From Azotobacter salinestris (GTDB taxonomy: Bacteria; Pseudomonadota; Gammaproteobacteria; Pseudomonadales; Pseudomonadaceae), in contig NZ_CP045302.1 of the NCBI RefSeq assembly GCF_009363155.1, positions 4,563,194 to 4,603,193 of the forward strand: 40,000 nucleotides of DNA, read 5' to 3'. Below the pieces are notes generated by a model. It made no database searches and was not told the DNA's origin. It saw only the letters and a program-made list of their open reading frames with translations. Positions 11,867 to 20,297 of this stretch are shown piece by piece; within the stretch, counting starts at the first letter, position 1, and every line of letters starts with the position of its first letter. The translations under genes were made by a program, and so were the position numbers.

Positions 11867-12258
11867 TCGCCACCTCCAAGCAGGGCGCGCAGTTTGTGCC
11901 CGGCCTCTACCCAATCGCCGCCCCCGTTCAGGTAGCACTCCAGCAGCCCCCGCGGCACCTTCACGGCGTCCTGCTCGGCCTGCTCCAGTTCGGCCACGCG
12001 CTTTTCCAGCTTCTCGACTTGCTTCTCAGCCGCAGCCAATTGCTGCGCGGTCCAATCCGTGTCGAGCACTTCCTTGTCGCCGTCATAGACGCGGGCGGCA
12101 TATACGTCACCGACATCCATCTTTCCGGAGCAGTAATGGCAAAGACTTGGATTGCCGGCTTCATCCATCGCCAGCTCGGCCGCATCCTCTGGCGTGTCGG
12201 CGGTAACCGTCATTGAGGTCGATGCGTCGATCAGCAGCGTTACTGAAAATTCGGCCAT
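11863..12258 (-). CDS. hypothetical phage protein (131 aa)
   Basis: RBS GGGGAAG. Ends ...LRALLGGGE. CxxC (CHYCSG) plus a coiled-coil segment. Confidence 0.7.
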   Translation of the reverse strand: MAEFSVTLLIDASTSMTVTADTPEDAAELAMDEAGNPSLCHYCSGKMDVGDVYAARVYDGDKEVLDTDWTAQQLAAAEKQVEKLEKRVAELEQAEQDAVKVPRGLLECYLNGGGDWVEAGHKLRALLGGGE

Positions 12259-12261
12259 GGT

Positions 12262-13293
12262 TCACTTCCCCTCTGCCGTCGGCTGCTCGGCCTGCCCATT
12301 GATCCGCTCCAGCTCAACCAGGGCCTCGGTCACGTTGCCGTATCCCATATCGCGGGCCTTCTGCCACACCTCGTCGTAGAGTTCGGCGCGGTACTTGTCG
12401 CTGGTCGTTCCGTAAGGCTGCTCGGTCTGCTCCGGCGCTGCGGTGTCGCCGGGGGCGGCTGGAAGCGGCATCCAGTGCGATACCTCGCCCTCTGTGACGT
12501 GAACTGTACTGTAGTCTCCCCAGTTGTTGATCCGCTCGTACCAGCCTGCTTGCAGATAGTAGGTATCGGACTCTTCGTCGTACTCAACAGATTCGATATC
12601 TGGGTCTGTGGATTCCTCAGTTCTTGGGGCCACGTATTCGGCGCGGATGACAAATACCCTCCCGGTATATCTACCCGCATAAGAGGCAAGAACATCCTTG
12701 CCTCTTTCCGGCAGCCGCTCACTCACAGCCACCCACTGGCTCTGCTGCGCTGGCGGGGCTGCGTAGAGCGGGATTCTTCCAGGCGAGTTCGCAGCAGCCA
12801 GTTCGTCGATGGCTTTCCCGTCGCACTGAATATCCCACTCGCCGGCCTCAATCCCGGCCGCTCCATGGAACGGCTCGTCGACGCTTATCCACGCCGCCGG
12901 CTGCTGCGCTGGCGGGGTTGGCGAGGATGGTGCTGAACTTTCCCGCCATTCGAGAGCGGCGAGCCAGCCCTTGCGAATTTCGCCATAGGCATTTGCCTGC
13001 CACGCATTGAACTCGGTGGCGGCATAGGTGTTGCCGACACGCCTGCAATCGCTCGGCACGGGAAATTTTGCCTCGAATGCCTCGCGCTCATCCGGCACGG
13101 CCACCGGGGCGGCCTGCTCAGCTTCATGCGCCGCAACCAGCTCGGCGGCGGCGTGGCGGGCGTCGCGGTGGCCCTCCTTGTAGGCGAGCATCATGTTGAC
13201 GTTGGTGTACTCCGCCGGATCGCACGGCAGCCACATGATCTGGTCATGCAGGCTCGGGCTGATCAGCTTCATTTCAAGCGGGGTGTCGGTCAT
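12262..13293 (-). CDS. phage protein with a DUF551-like C-terminal domain (343 aa)
   Basis: Start ATG 13293 (RBS GGAGAA). The upstream 140 codons of the track ORF overlap the Bro-N gene and are not coding. C-terminal part QWVAVSERLPERGKDVL...EVSHWMPLPAAP matches my memory of the DUF551 signature. Confidence 0.8.
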   Translation of the reverse strand: MTDTPLEMKLISPSLHDQIMWLPCDPAEYTNVNMMLAYKEGHRDARHAAAELVAAHEAEQAAPVAVPDEREAFEAKFPVPSDCRRVGNTYAATEFNAWQANAYGEIRKGWLAALEWRESSAPSSPTPPAQQPAAWISVDEPFHGAAGIEAGEWDIQCDGKAIDELAAANSPGRIPLYAAPPAQQSQWVAVSERLPERGKDVLASYAGRYTGRVFVIRAEYVAPRTEESTDPDIESVEYDEESDTYYLQAGWYERINNWGDYSTVHVTEGEVSHWMPLPAAPGDTAAPEQTEQPYGTTSDKYRAELYDEVWQKARDMGYGNVTEALVELERINGQAEQPTAEGK

Positions 13294-13310
13294 ATCGTTT
13301 CTCCGGGAAA

Positions 13311-13802
13311 TCAGTGGCGGGTTTCGATGAGGTCGAGAAGCTCTTGGAACCGATCGGCGAAGAACAGCGGCTGAGTCTCGCGCGGGTTGCTCGGGCTGGT
13401 GGCGTTCTTTCCGTACTGGAGGCCGGGCCCAGTGAGCGCCCAGAAGGTCTTGACCTTTTCCGGCGCCTTGGTCGAAGCCCGTTGCTTGGCTTCCAGGAGG
13501 CCCGCCTGTTCCAGCGCTTTGTTGGCCTTGATCGCCGACATCGCGATCCCGTGCTCCTTGAGCAGGTGCGTCAGGCTGAAGGCTGGCAGCGATGATCCGG
13601 ATGTAACGTGGCCGGCCGGTGCATCCACGGCGTAGGAGGGGAGCAGGCCAACCGGGTCGACGCCGTGGCGGGAGAAGGCGGCGCCGAACATCTGCAGCTT
13701 GCTCGACTCGCACACGTTCAGCGATCGGGCGACGATCTCAATGGATGCCACGACTACCGGGAGTTCGGCGACATCGGCAGGGCGTGAAACAGGGGGTTTC
13801 AA
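13311..13802 (-). repeat. dispersed direct repeat copy 1 (about 490 bp, pairs with 19515..20003)
   Basis: The encoded C-terminal domains align over their whole length (LKPPVS...NVCESSKLQM.GAAFSRHGVDPVGLLPSYAVDAPAGHVT...PRETQPLFFA.RF). The DNA is visibly similar. Confidence 0.85.
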
Positions 13803-14120
13803 CTGGTACTGGCCAGTCCTGCGGATCGTTGGAAGGACTTCGGCGGTGACCCACTTCTTGAAGCGCTTTGCCTCGGGCTTCTGGCTGCCGAGGATCGCGG
13901 TATAGAGGCCTGACTCGTTGATGACCGTGATCCCGCGATTTCCAAAACCTGCTCCGCGCAGGTTTTGCTTTTCGTCATCATCAAGGCGGGTAGTCATGTT
14001 GAAGGCATCGGAGTAGCCGAGCGACTCTGCTACGTCCATTGCGATCCACCACAGTTCGCCGTCGATCTCGACGACGCGGACTTCATGCTGCTCGAATTGG
14101 AACGGGGTGATGCTCGTCAT
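13311..14120 (-). CDS. Bro-N domain antirepressor-like protein (269 aa)
   Basis: N-terminus FQFEQHEVRVVEIDGELWWIAMDVAESLGY...INESGLYTAILGSQKPEAKRFKKWVTAEVLP is the Bro-N signature. The C-terminal 160 aa are shared with CDS 19515..20297. Confidence 0.88.
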   Translation of the reverse strand: MTSITPFQFEQHEVRVVEIDGELWWIAMDVAESLGYSDAFNMTTRLDDDEKQNLRGAGFGNRGITVINESGLYTAILGSQKPEAKRFKKWVTAEVLPTIRRTGQYQLKPPVSRPADVAELPVVVASIEIVARSLNVCESSKLQMFGAAFSRHGVDPVGLLPSYAVDAPAGHVTSGSSLPAFSLTHLLKEHGIAMSAIKANKALEQAGLLEAKQRASTKAPEKVKTFWALTGPGLQYGKNATSPSNPRETQPLFFADRFQELLDLIETRH

Positions 14121-14200
14121 TGCATTTCCTCCAGGCAGAAGGGGGCCGCACCGCCGGCGATGGCCGGCGGCGGGTAGAAGCGTTTGGGGTTAGCGGTGCG

Positions 14201-14794
14201 TCAGATTTTCAGCCCGGCTTCCCAGGCTTTCTTGATGCGCGAGCTTTGGTAGTCGGTGCGGGCCTTGAGGTTGGCCATGGCGGCGACGACGAATGCGAAC
14301 AGCTCTTCGGTCGAGATCGGCAGTTCGCCGGGCTCGGTGATTGCCTTCAAGACCTCGGGGATGGTCATGACGCAGGCGTCGTTTGGAATCGGCTTGATCT
14401 GCTCACGGCCCATGTGATCGAAGGAGACAAGCCAGCGGCGGGTTGTCAGGGAGGGGACTGGCCGGACTTGCTCCTGGGCCACTTCCTTGTCCAGCACGTC
14501 GAGCACCCACTTACGGAACTCGGCGGCAATCTTGGTACGGGCGAACATGGCCAGCAGGTGAGCGCCGCGCAAGGAGAAAATTCGGGTTTCCTGCAAGACG
14601 CCGTTAGGGTCGGTCAACTTGACCGAACCTGTCATCTGATCGGTGAACTCTTCGGCGTTGCGTGCGTAGATGCGATTGATGCTGCTGGCATCTGCGTATC
14701 CCAAGGCTAAACCGATCTGGTTTGCCCTCAGCCACGGCTTGCCGTTGCGGTCGATGACGTCGAATTGGGTGTCGCGGAAGGCTAGTGCTTGCAT
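14201..14794 (-). CDS. Bro-N/antirepressor-like protein (197 aa)
   Basis: Start ATG 14794 (RBS AAGGAG). N-terminus FRDTQFDVIDRNGKPWLRANQIGLALGY...RIFSLRGAHLLAMFARTKIAAEFRKWVLDVL. Confidence 0.8.
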   Translation of the reverse strand: MQALAFRDTQFDVIDRNGKPWLRANQIGLALGYADASSINRIYARNAEEFTDQMTGSVKLTDPNGVLQETRIFSLRGAHLLAMFARTKIAAEFRKWVLDVLDKEVAQEQVRPVPSLTTRRWLVSFDHMGREQIKPIPNDACVMTIPEVLKAITEPGELPISTEELFAFVVAAMANLKARTDYQSSRIKKAWEAGLKI

Positions 14795-14950
14795 AGCGAA
14801 GCTCCTTTGCTTTGGTGAGGAGTTCGCCGCCACCCATTGGTCGTTGGGCATTGGAGGCGAACCGCGCAGGGCGACCAAGACCGGGGCAAAGGAACCCGGC
14901 GAGCCCGAGAGCTCCCCTACGCGGCCCGCCATAAAGCGTTTCGCGGGCAC

Positions 14951-14979
14951 AAAAAAAGCGCCTGCGAATGGTGGGCGCT
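14951..14979 (-). terminator. rho-independent terminator (minus strand)
   Basis: Minus-sense AGCGCCCACCATTCGCAGGCGCT followed by TTTTTTT. Confidence 0.7.
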
Positions 14980-15077
14980 GTTGCGCCTTTGCTGATCCGG
15001 GTTGGTCGTCCCGGCCGCTGAATTTGCAGCGGCAGGGCAAAGGTAATCCCGGAAGCATCAGGCGTCAACGGCACATC

Positions 15078-15212
15078 TCACTTCCCCTGCGAAACAGGGG
15101 GTTTCACCGGCTTGGCCGGCGCAACCGGCCGGCAGCGGAAACAGTCTTTCCTCTCGCCGTAGCGGTGCAGGCGTCCGTCACTTCGGCTGCGGCAGTAGGT
15201 AGGCGCGTTCAT
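15078..15212 (-). CDS. small Cys-containing hypothetical protein (44 aa)
   Basis: ATG 15212 preceded by AGGAGG. Followed by the terminator at 14951..14979. Too short for confident calling. Confidence 0.4.
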   Translation of the reverse strand: MNAPTYCRSRSDGRLHRYGERKDCFRCRPVAPAKPVKPPVSQGK

Positions 15213-15356
15213 GTCGCCTCCTGCTTGGGGGATTGGTTTTCTGTGGGCATGGGGAGTCCTTGCAGGCCGTATGTCGGCCAGCATATTTGGCGGTGATAGG
15301 TGGGCTACGTTGATTATCTAGTCGGATGGGCGATGTGAAATCATCCGGAGGGAATC

Positions 15357-15656
15357 ATGGCGCTCCATATCGTTGCGAAGGCTCGTATCAACAACAATGA
15401 TGAAATCGAGGGCTTTATGTGGGCTTTGGCTAACGGATCGAACAACTTTCTCGAGGAGCTGCACGAAGTAAGTGTCGAGGAGGTCATCAAGGCGATAGAC
15501 CGTGGTGATGTTATCGAGATGGTGTTCGAGGCTGACCACAGGCGGCTAGTCTCTGGCGGTGAGCTTCTGAAAGCAGAGCTGCCAGGAGGCGGAGCAACTG
15601 TTATTGAAGAGCGTGGTTATCCGGAGAGAAAGATTCGAGATTTACCAAGGTTTTAA
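15357..15656 (+). CDS. hypothetical protein on the opposite strand (99 aa, moron-like)
   Basis: RBS GGAGGG. Local drop in GC. The only plus-strand gene inside the leftward operon. Faint resemblance to DUF3892-type small proteins (unverified). Confidence 0.6.
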   Translation: MALHIVAKARINNNDEIEGFMWALANGSNNFLEELHEVSVEEVIKAIDRGDVIEMVFEADHRRLVSGGELLKAELPGGGATVIEERGYPERKIRDLPRF

Positions 15657-15752
15657 GTTGCAGAGCTGATTATCCGGATAGATTCAATTCATACCCTCAA
15701 TCGGGCAAGGATGGACCGGAAGGCTTACGCCGCCTGCCCAAAAGTCTCACGA

Positions 15753-15857
15753 TTAGCCATCCTGCCGACGGATCGTCCTGGCCCGGCGCTGACCGCGCTC
15801 GACCGTGTAGCCGAGCTGCTGCCAGTGCCAGTTGGGGGAGTCGGGCTGGGCGGTCAT
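15753..15857 (-). CDS. possible 34-aa micro-ORF
   Basis: ATG 15857 in an ATGA overlap with the upstream stop. GGAGGG lies 5 nt upstream. Below the track length cutoff. Confidence 0.35.
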   Translation of the reverse strand: MTAQPDSPNWHWQQLGYTVERGQRRARTIRRQDG

Positions 15858-16033
15858 GCTGCCCTCCGATTGCTCTGCCGCATGCCGCGCTGCTCGGCGT
15901 CGCGCACTACGTGGCGAACCGTCTCAGGGTGGGTATCCATGAGCCTGGCGACACAGACCCATTTCAGGCCCTCGCCGTAGTAGAGCTCCATGGCGTAGGC
16001 GATGCGCTCGTCGGTCCAGGCCAGGGTGCTCAT
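15854..16033 (-). CDS. small HTH-like protein (59 aa)
   Basis: ATG 16033 in an ATGA overlap. WTDERIAYAMELYYGEGLKWVCVARLMDTHPETVRHVV looks like a sigma/LuxR-type HTH. Confidence 0.6.
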   Translation of the reverse strand: MSTLAWTDERIAYAMELYYGEGLKWVCVARLMDTHPETVRHVVRDAEQRGMRQSNRRAA

Positions 16034-16425
16034 GTCACTGTCTCCGCCCGCCCAGGCCGGCTGCCCACGCCTGCGAACTGGATTCCGTGCTCCTCGGCGA
16101 TGCGTGTCAGCCTCATCCGTCCGCACTTCATCAGGGTGGCGGCCGAGTACAGGCTTTCGCCCCGGGCGGCGTGCTGGCGGGCCAGTGCGGCCAGGGCGAT
16201 ATCGGACTCCTGTTTTTCCGCGCTGCTTGCGGCTGCTCGTTGTGCCGGCCTGCGCTTCAGCACCGTCTCCGGATCGATCTTACGGCGGCGCGGTGGCATG
16301 GGCTTTTGCTCGTAGCCGGGCAGTTCGATCACTGGGCCTCCGGCCTTGGCATGTTGGTCCATGAGACGGGCAAGCCGCTGCCTGTCCGCCTCTTTGCTGG
16401 GCAGAGTGTTGATTGCGTCGTACAT
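16030..16425 (-). CDS. hypothetical phage protein (131 aa)
   Basis: Complete ORF with high GC3, coupled to the downstream gene. Confidence 0.7.
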   Translation of the reverse strand: MYDAINTLPSKEADRQRLARLMDQHAKAGGPVIELPGYEQKPMPPRRRKIDPETVLKRRPAQRAAASSAEKQESDIALAALARQHAARGESLYSAATLMKCGRMRLTRIAEEHGIQFAGVGSRPGRAETVT

Positions 16426-16511
16426 GGGATATCCGAGGCCGGTCAGCGCCGGCGGTTGAGGCGAGAGGGGCGCTCGGCGGCGCCCTTGTGGCTGGTCAGT
16501 AGTGGTCTGAC

Positions 16512-16973
16512 CTAGAAGGGGATGTCATCGTCGAAAGGGTCAGGCGTCGAAGCCTGCTGGCTTTGCTGGCCCTGCTGCTCATCGCTCGGCTTGCGAGGCT
16601 GCTGCTGTTGTGGTGGCAAACCGCCCTCTTGCTTGCCGCCGAGCATCTGCATAGAGCCTTCGACGCCCACCAGAATCTCAGTGGTATAGCGCTTGATGCC
16701 ATCCTTCTCCCACTCCCGGGTGCGCAGCTTGCCCTCGATGTAAAGCTGCTGCCCCTTGGTGACGTACTGCCCAACGATCTCGGCCAGCTTTCCGCTGAAA
16801 ACTACGCGGTGCCATTCGGTGCGCTCCTGCTGCTGCCCGGTCTGTTTGTCCTTCCAGCTTTCGGATGTGGCCAGGGTGATGCTGGCAAAGGCGGTACCGT
16901 TCTGGCTGTAGCGAACCTCGGGGTCGCCGCCTACGTTGCCGATCAGCATGACTTTGTTGAGCCCGCGTGCCAT
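16512..16973 (-). CDS. ssb: single-stranded DNA-binding protein
   Basis: OB-fold N-terminus [22 protein letters not shown], a Q/P-rich linker, and the acidic tail DDDIPF. Confidence 0.95.
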   Translation of the reverse strand: MARGLNKVMLIGNVGGDPEVRYSQNGTAFASITLATSESWKDKQTGQQQERTEWHRVVFSGKLAEIVGQYVTKGQQLYIEGKLRTREWEKDGIKRYTTEILVGVEGSMQMLGGKQEGGLPPQQQQPRKPSDEQQGQQSQQASTPDPFDDDIPF

Positions 16974-16975
16974 AT

Positions 16976-17593
16976 CTACCTCGGAATGCTGTCCAGCGTT
17001 TCGTTTACCAGGGCAAGGAACTTATCTCGCCGCGCCCTGAGCCGTTCGATCTCTTCGGCGAAGTCACTCCGATGCAGGCGGTGAACGATCAACTGGCCCG
17101 CCTCGGGGAACTCTGAGCAGTAGCTGACAAAGTCGACCCATTGGCGGCTAGTACAGTCTAGGTGCCCAATCAACTGCCAGCGGTAGGCAGGATCGAACGA
17201 GCCGCGCTTGAGGGTGGCGAAGTGGACTGCGGCAGTGACGGACTTGATCTCTATCACCCCGTCTTCGCCGATCAGGCCGTCAGGTGAGTCTCCGTATGTG
17301 CCGTGGTCGAAGAAGCCGCCGTTCGTCACGTCGACGAAGTGCTCTTCCTCGTACAGCATTCGGGCAACAGGTTCCTGCTCGTGGCCGCGGTCGGTGTGGT
17401 CATTCTTGAAACTGAACTCCGCCTTCCTTCCGGTCGCTATCTCCAGAGCGATCTGCAGCGCATACCTCTTCGCCGGGTCTCCGAAAGCGTTTCCATCGTT
17501 TGCCATGATGGTCCCGAAGTTAGACGCTGTGGCTTTTCCTACCCGCAGCGCCTCCCAGACTTCGCTGTTCTGGGGCACGTCATGCCACTTCAC
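16976..17593 (-). CDS. YqaJ-type (lambda Exo-like) recombination exonuclease
   Basis: 205 aa with a GTG start. [20 protein letters not shown]... and [14 protein letters not shown] (PD-(D/E)xK) motifs. Confidence 0.88.
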   Translation of the reverse strand: MKWHDVPQNSEVWEALRVGKATASNFGTIMANDGNAFGDPAKRYALQIALEIATGRKAEFSFKNDHTDRGHEQEPVARMLYEEEHFVDVTNGGFFDHGTYGDSPDGLIGEDGVIEIKSVTAAVHFATLKRGSFDPAYRWQLIGHLDCTSRQWVDFVSYCSEFPEAGQLIVHRLHRSDFAEEIERLRARRDKFLALVNETLDSIPR

Positions 17594-18089
17594 GCTGGCA
17601 TTCCTCTATCAGCAGGGCCTGGTTCTCTTCGCTCATTTCCGCCCTGGCCAGCACGGCATCGAGGTTTCCGTCGCGCCGATAGGCCAGCTTGGCGTTTTCC
17701 CATGCCTTGGTGCCCGGCTCAATCCGGCGACCAACCGGCGCGTGAGGGCTGATGCGCAGCCCTTCTGTCACTTCCTTGCCGAATCGCACGTTCTGGTCGA
17801 CGTAGATCGTCACCCTGACGTTCTGCCAGTCCTCAAGGAAAGCCGAGCCTGTCAGCGACCGGAGCGTCTTGCTGTTCGTGGCGTTGAGGATCATCGGCTT
17901 CAGCGGCTCGCCAGGGCGAATCTCACGTTCGACGAAGTGAGCGGTGTTGAACATGTCCTTGGTTTTCTTCGTGCGGTCAGGCTCCAGCCCGACGCGTTTG
18001 ATGGTCAGCACGGTCGGCTCTACAAGGTCAGCGCTGCTCAGGTACGGCGAGTCGAATGCTTTGCGATAGTGGGTCTTGGTTTCAGCCAT
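17580..18089 (-). CDS. hypothetical protein in the position of the exonuclease partner (169 aa)
   Basis: Directly upstream of and overlapping the exonuclease gene by 14 nt. No RecT/Erf/Red-beta motif that I can recognise. Confidence 0.7.
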   Translation of the reverse strand: MAETKTHYRKAFDSPYLSSADLVEPTVLTIKRVGLEPDRTKKTKDMFNTAHFVEREIRPGEPLKPMILNATNSKTLRSLTGSAFLEDWQNVRVTIYVDQNVRFGKEVTEGLRISPHAPVGRRIEPGTKAWENAKLAYRRDGNLDAVLARAEMSEENQALLIEECQREVA

Positions 18090-18148
18090 GCTTATCTCCG
18101 GCGCACGCTTATCCCTACGGCGTGCGCATCTGGTTAGGTTTGAAGGGG

Positions 18149-18262
18149 TCAGCAGATCGGGCGAGTCTGCTCAATCATCAGGACGATGATGAGGACGATG
18201 CCGGACTCGATTGCGATGATGTTGGCGGTGCGCCAGAGCTTGGCGCGGCGGTAGCGGGTCAT
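18149..18262 (-). CDS. possible small membrane protein (37 aa)
   Basis: ATG 18262 in an ATGA overlap. One hydrophobic helix (IIAIESGIVLIIVLMI). Confidence 0.4.
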   Translation of the reverse strand: MTRYRRAKLWRTANIIAIESGIVLIIVLMIEQTRPIC

Positions 18263-18519
18263 GCCTGCTTCAGCTCCTTCAGGATCCGGTGCTGGGTGCC
18301 GATGGCGAAGCGGCGGCCGATGCCGGCCAGCCAGCGGCGGAGGCGGGCGGTGCGCAGGCGGGCCAGCGTGGCGACGGGGTTGGTTGCCGGGTAGAACACG
18401 GTCCACTCACCGCCGACGCAGTATTCGTACACCGGGGCTTCCGTGTGGCCCTCATTGCGAGCGAGCGACTTGGCCCCGAGCAGGCTGCCGGCTGCGTACT
18501 TGTCGAATTTGCCTTCCAT
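18259..18519 (-). CDS. hypothetical phage protein (86 aa)
   Basis: ATG 18519 overlaps the upstream stop (TGATG). The track start at 18654 is an extension. Confidence 0.6.
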   Translation of the reverse strand: MEGKFDKYAAGSLLGAKSLARNEGHTEAPVYEYCVGGEWTVFYPATNPVATLARLRTARLRRWLAGIGRRFAIGTQHRILKELKQA

Positions 18520-18923
18520 CAGATGTCTCCTATCCATGCGTGGGCCTTCTCGGCCGCGTCCTGGTGCTTGAGCAGCATTTCCTCGGCGACCTTGCGGGCC
18601 AACTGCTGATACTGCTCGCCGCCGCTGAACATCCCGCCGCGGGCCAGCGCCCATTCGAGGCGGTTCTTGGGGTCGTAGGCGTAGATGTCTGCGGCGGCCT
18701 CGCCGAAGCCGGCGATGAACTCTGCCGCGGTGACGACCAGCTTCTGGCTGAAACTGATCACGACGTCACGGCTTTCAAGCAGTGCGTCGGCGCTCTCATT
18801 GAGCCAGTCCTTGCCCTGCTGGCTGTCGATCCAGCGGTCTTGCTCGGCCGGCGGCTCCATGTTGTCCCAGGCGTGCTGAGCGGCTTGGAAGGTGCGCTGG
18901 TTGTGCAGTGCGAGTGATGCCAT
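18519..18923 (-). CDS. hypothetical phage protein (134 aa)
   Basis: RBS GGAG. Good GC3. Confidence 0.7.
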   Translation of the reverse strand: MASLALHNQRTFQAAQHAWDNMEPPAEQDRWIDSQQGKDWLNESADALLESRDVVISFSQKLVVTAAEFIAGFGEAAADIYAYDPKNRLEWALARGGMFSGGEQYQQLARKVAEEMLLKHQDAAEKAHAWIGDI

Positions 18924-18987
18924 TCTGGTTTTCTCCGTTTTCAGGCGTGCGGGTGCCCGTACCGCCGGGGTGGCCGGCAGGCGGGGA

Positions 18988-19503
18988 TCAGAAGGGGAGG
19001 CAGAAATTGGCCCCGACCGGGGGCAGGTCTGGGACCTTGGGAAGTGCTATTTCAGGCATTGGGGACTGGTCGATGCCCACGTCGAAGGGGACGCCCACCA
19101 GCGGCGTTGTCGATGGCCAAGGGACCAGGCCCTCGTCGCTCCTGCACGGGGCCCAGCGGGCTATCAGGTCCCACACATCGGTGAAGAACCAGCCATGCCC
19201 GACGTAGTAGCCTCCGGTCAGGTAGTCGACGCGGATTAGCTGGTCGCGGGGCGGCTGTTCGGATGTCGGCCGCCAGTCGAGTTCAGTCTTTCGGGCAGGT
19301 TGCGGGTCGGCAGGTGGCGGTGCGTCAAACGCCTCGAACTGCCGGCGTGCCGTCTCCCCGGTTGCTACCAGCTTGCCGCCGATAAGCAGCGCGTCGAAGT
19401 TGCAGCGGCCGCAGGATCGGCACTCCTGGTACTCGAGGAGCGCGGCATGTTTCGATCGCTCGGCCCGCCCAGACTTCATCAGGCCGCCGCAGTTGCATTC
19501 CAT
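18988..19503 (-). CDS. hypothetical protein with an N-terminal zinc-ribbon-like CxC...CxxC (171 aa)
   Basis: ATG 19503 with RBS AAGGAGG. Begins MECNCGG...CRSCGRC. Confidence 0.7.
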   Translation of the reverse strand: MECNCGGLMKSGRAERSKHAALLEYQECRSCGRCNFDALLIGGKLVATGETARRQFEAFDAPPPADPQPARKTELDWRPTSEQPPRDQLIRVDYLTGGYYVGHGWFFTDVWDLIARWAPCRSDEGLVPWPSTTPLVGVPFDVGIDQSPMPEIALPKVPDLPPVGANFCLPF

Positions 19504-19514
19504 GGCGGCCTCCT

Positions 19515-20003
19515 TCAGTGGCGTGTTTCGCTGGCCTCGATCAGGTCCAGCAACTGCGGGAACCGCTCGGCGAAGAACAGCGGCTGTGTCTCGCGTGGGT
19601 TGTTCGGGCTGGTGACGTTCTTCCCGTATTGAAGACCGTGCTCGGTGAGCGCCCAAAAGTTCTTGGCCCTGTCAGGCGACTTGGTGGACGGCCGCTGCTG
19701 TATCTCCAGAATGCCGGCCTTGGCCAGCTCCTTGTTGGCCTTGATAGCCGACATCGGGATGCCGTGCTCCTTGAGCAGGTGCGTCAGGCTGAATGCCGGC
19801 AGCGATGAGCTGGCGGTGACGTGGCCTGCGGGAGCGTCGACGGCGTAGGAGGGCAGCAGGCCCACCGGGTCGACTCCGTGGCGGCTGAATGCGGCGCCGA
19901 GCATCTGGAGCTTGGAAGACTCGCAGACGTTGAGCATTCTGGCGGCGACTTCCAGAGCTGCGGACAGATCGGCCAGGGCGGGCGGTGAAACCGGGGGTTT
20001 CAG
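19515..20003 (-). repeat. dispersed direct repeat copy 2 (pairs with 13311..13802)
   Basis: See copy 1. Same orientation, about 6.2 kb apart. Confidence 0.85.
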
Positions 20004-20297
20004 TTGAGCTGGTTCCGCCTTCTTCAGCTTCGCCAGGACTTTTCGGCGAACTCCCTTCGATTCGCGCATCGCAACCAGCATGCACTGGTCCTGGGTAAGC
20101 TCGATGGTCTCCGACTCTTTCCCGAACTTCAGGCTTACAAAAATTTTGTAAGCTTCGCCTTCCAACTCGTCCTTGATGCGGTCGACGAACACGTTGTTCC
20201 GCAGCTCAGATTCCCCGAACTCTTTGCGGGCTTCGTTGACGATCTCCAGTAGCTCGGTACTGTTCATGGTTGCAGGTGTTTCAACGATGCTGCTCAT
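19515..20297 (-). CDS. Rha-like phage regulatory protein fused to the shared antirepressor C-terminal domain (260 aa)
   Basis: N-terminus (LTQDQCMLVAMRESKGVRRKVL) resembles the Rha family. The C-terminal 160 aa are paralogous to 13311..14120. Confidence 0.8.
   Translation of the reverse strand: MSSIVETPATMNSTELLEIVNEARKEFGESELRNNVFVDRIKDELEGEAYKIFVSLKFGKESETIELTQDQCMLVAMRESKGVRRKVLAKLKKAEPAQLKPPVSPPALADLSAALEVAARMLNVCESSKLQMLGAAFSRHGVDPVGLLPSYAVDAPAGHVTASSSLPAFSLTHLLKEHGIPMSAIKANKELAKAGILEIQQRPSTKSPDRAKNFWALTEHGLQYGKNVTSPNNPRETQPLFFAERFPQLLDLIEASETRH

Noticed and set aside
12262-13713. N-terminal extensions of many minus-strand track ORFs (12262..13713, 14201..15058, 10033..10506, 10401..10868, 18988..19656, 18259..18654, 21694..22017 and others)
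   Set aside because: The extended parts overlap the upstream genes, are Arg/Pro/Gly-rich, and lack RBSs. Internal ATGs with good SDs and ATGA/TGATG coupling give the starts used in the feature list.
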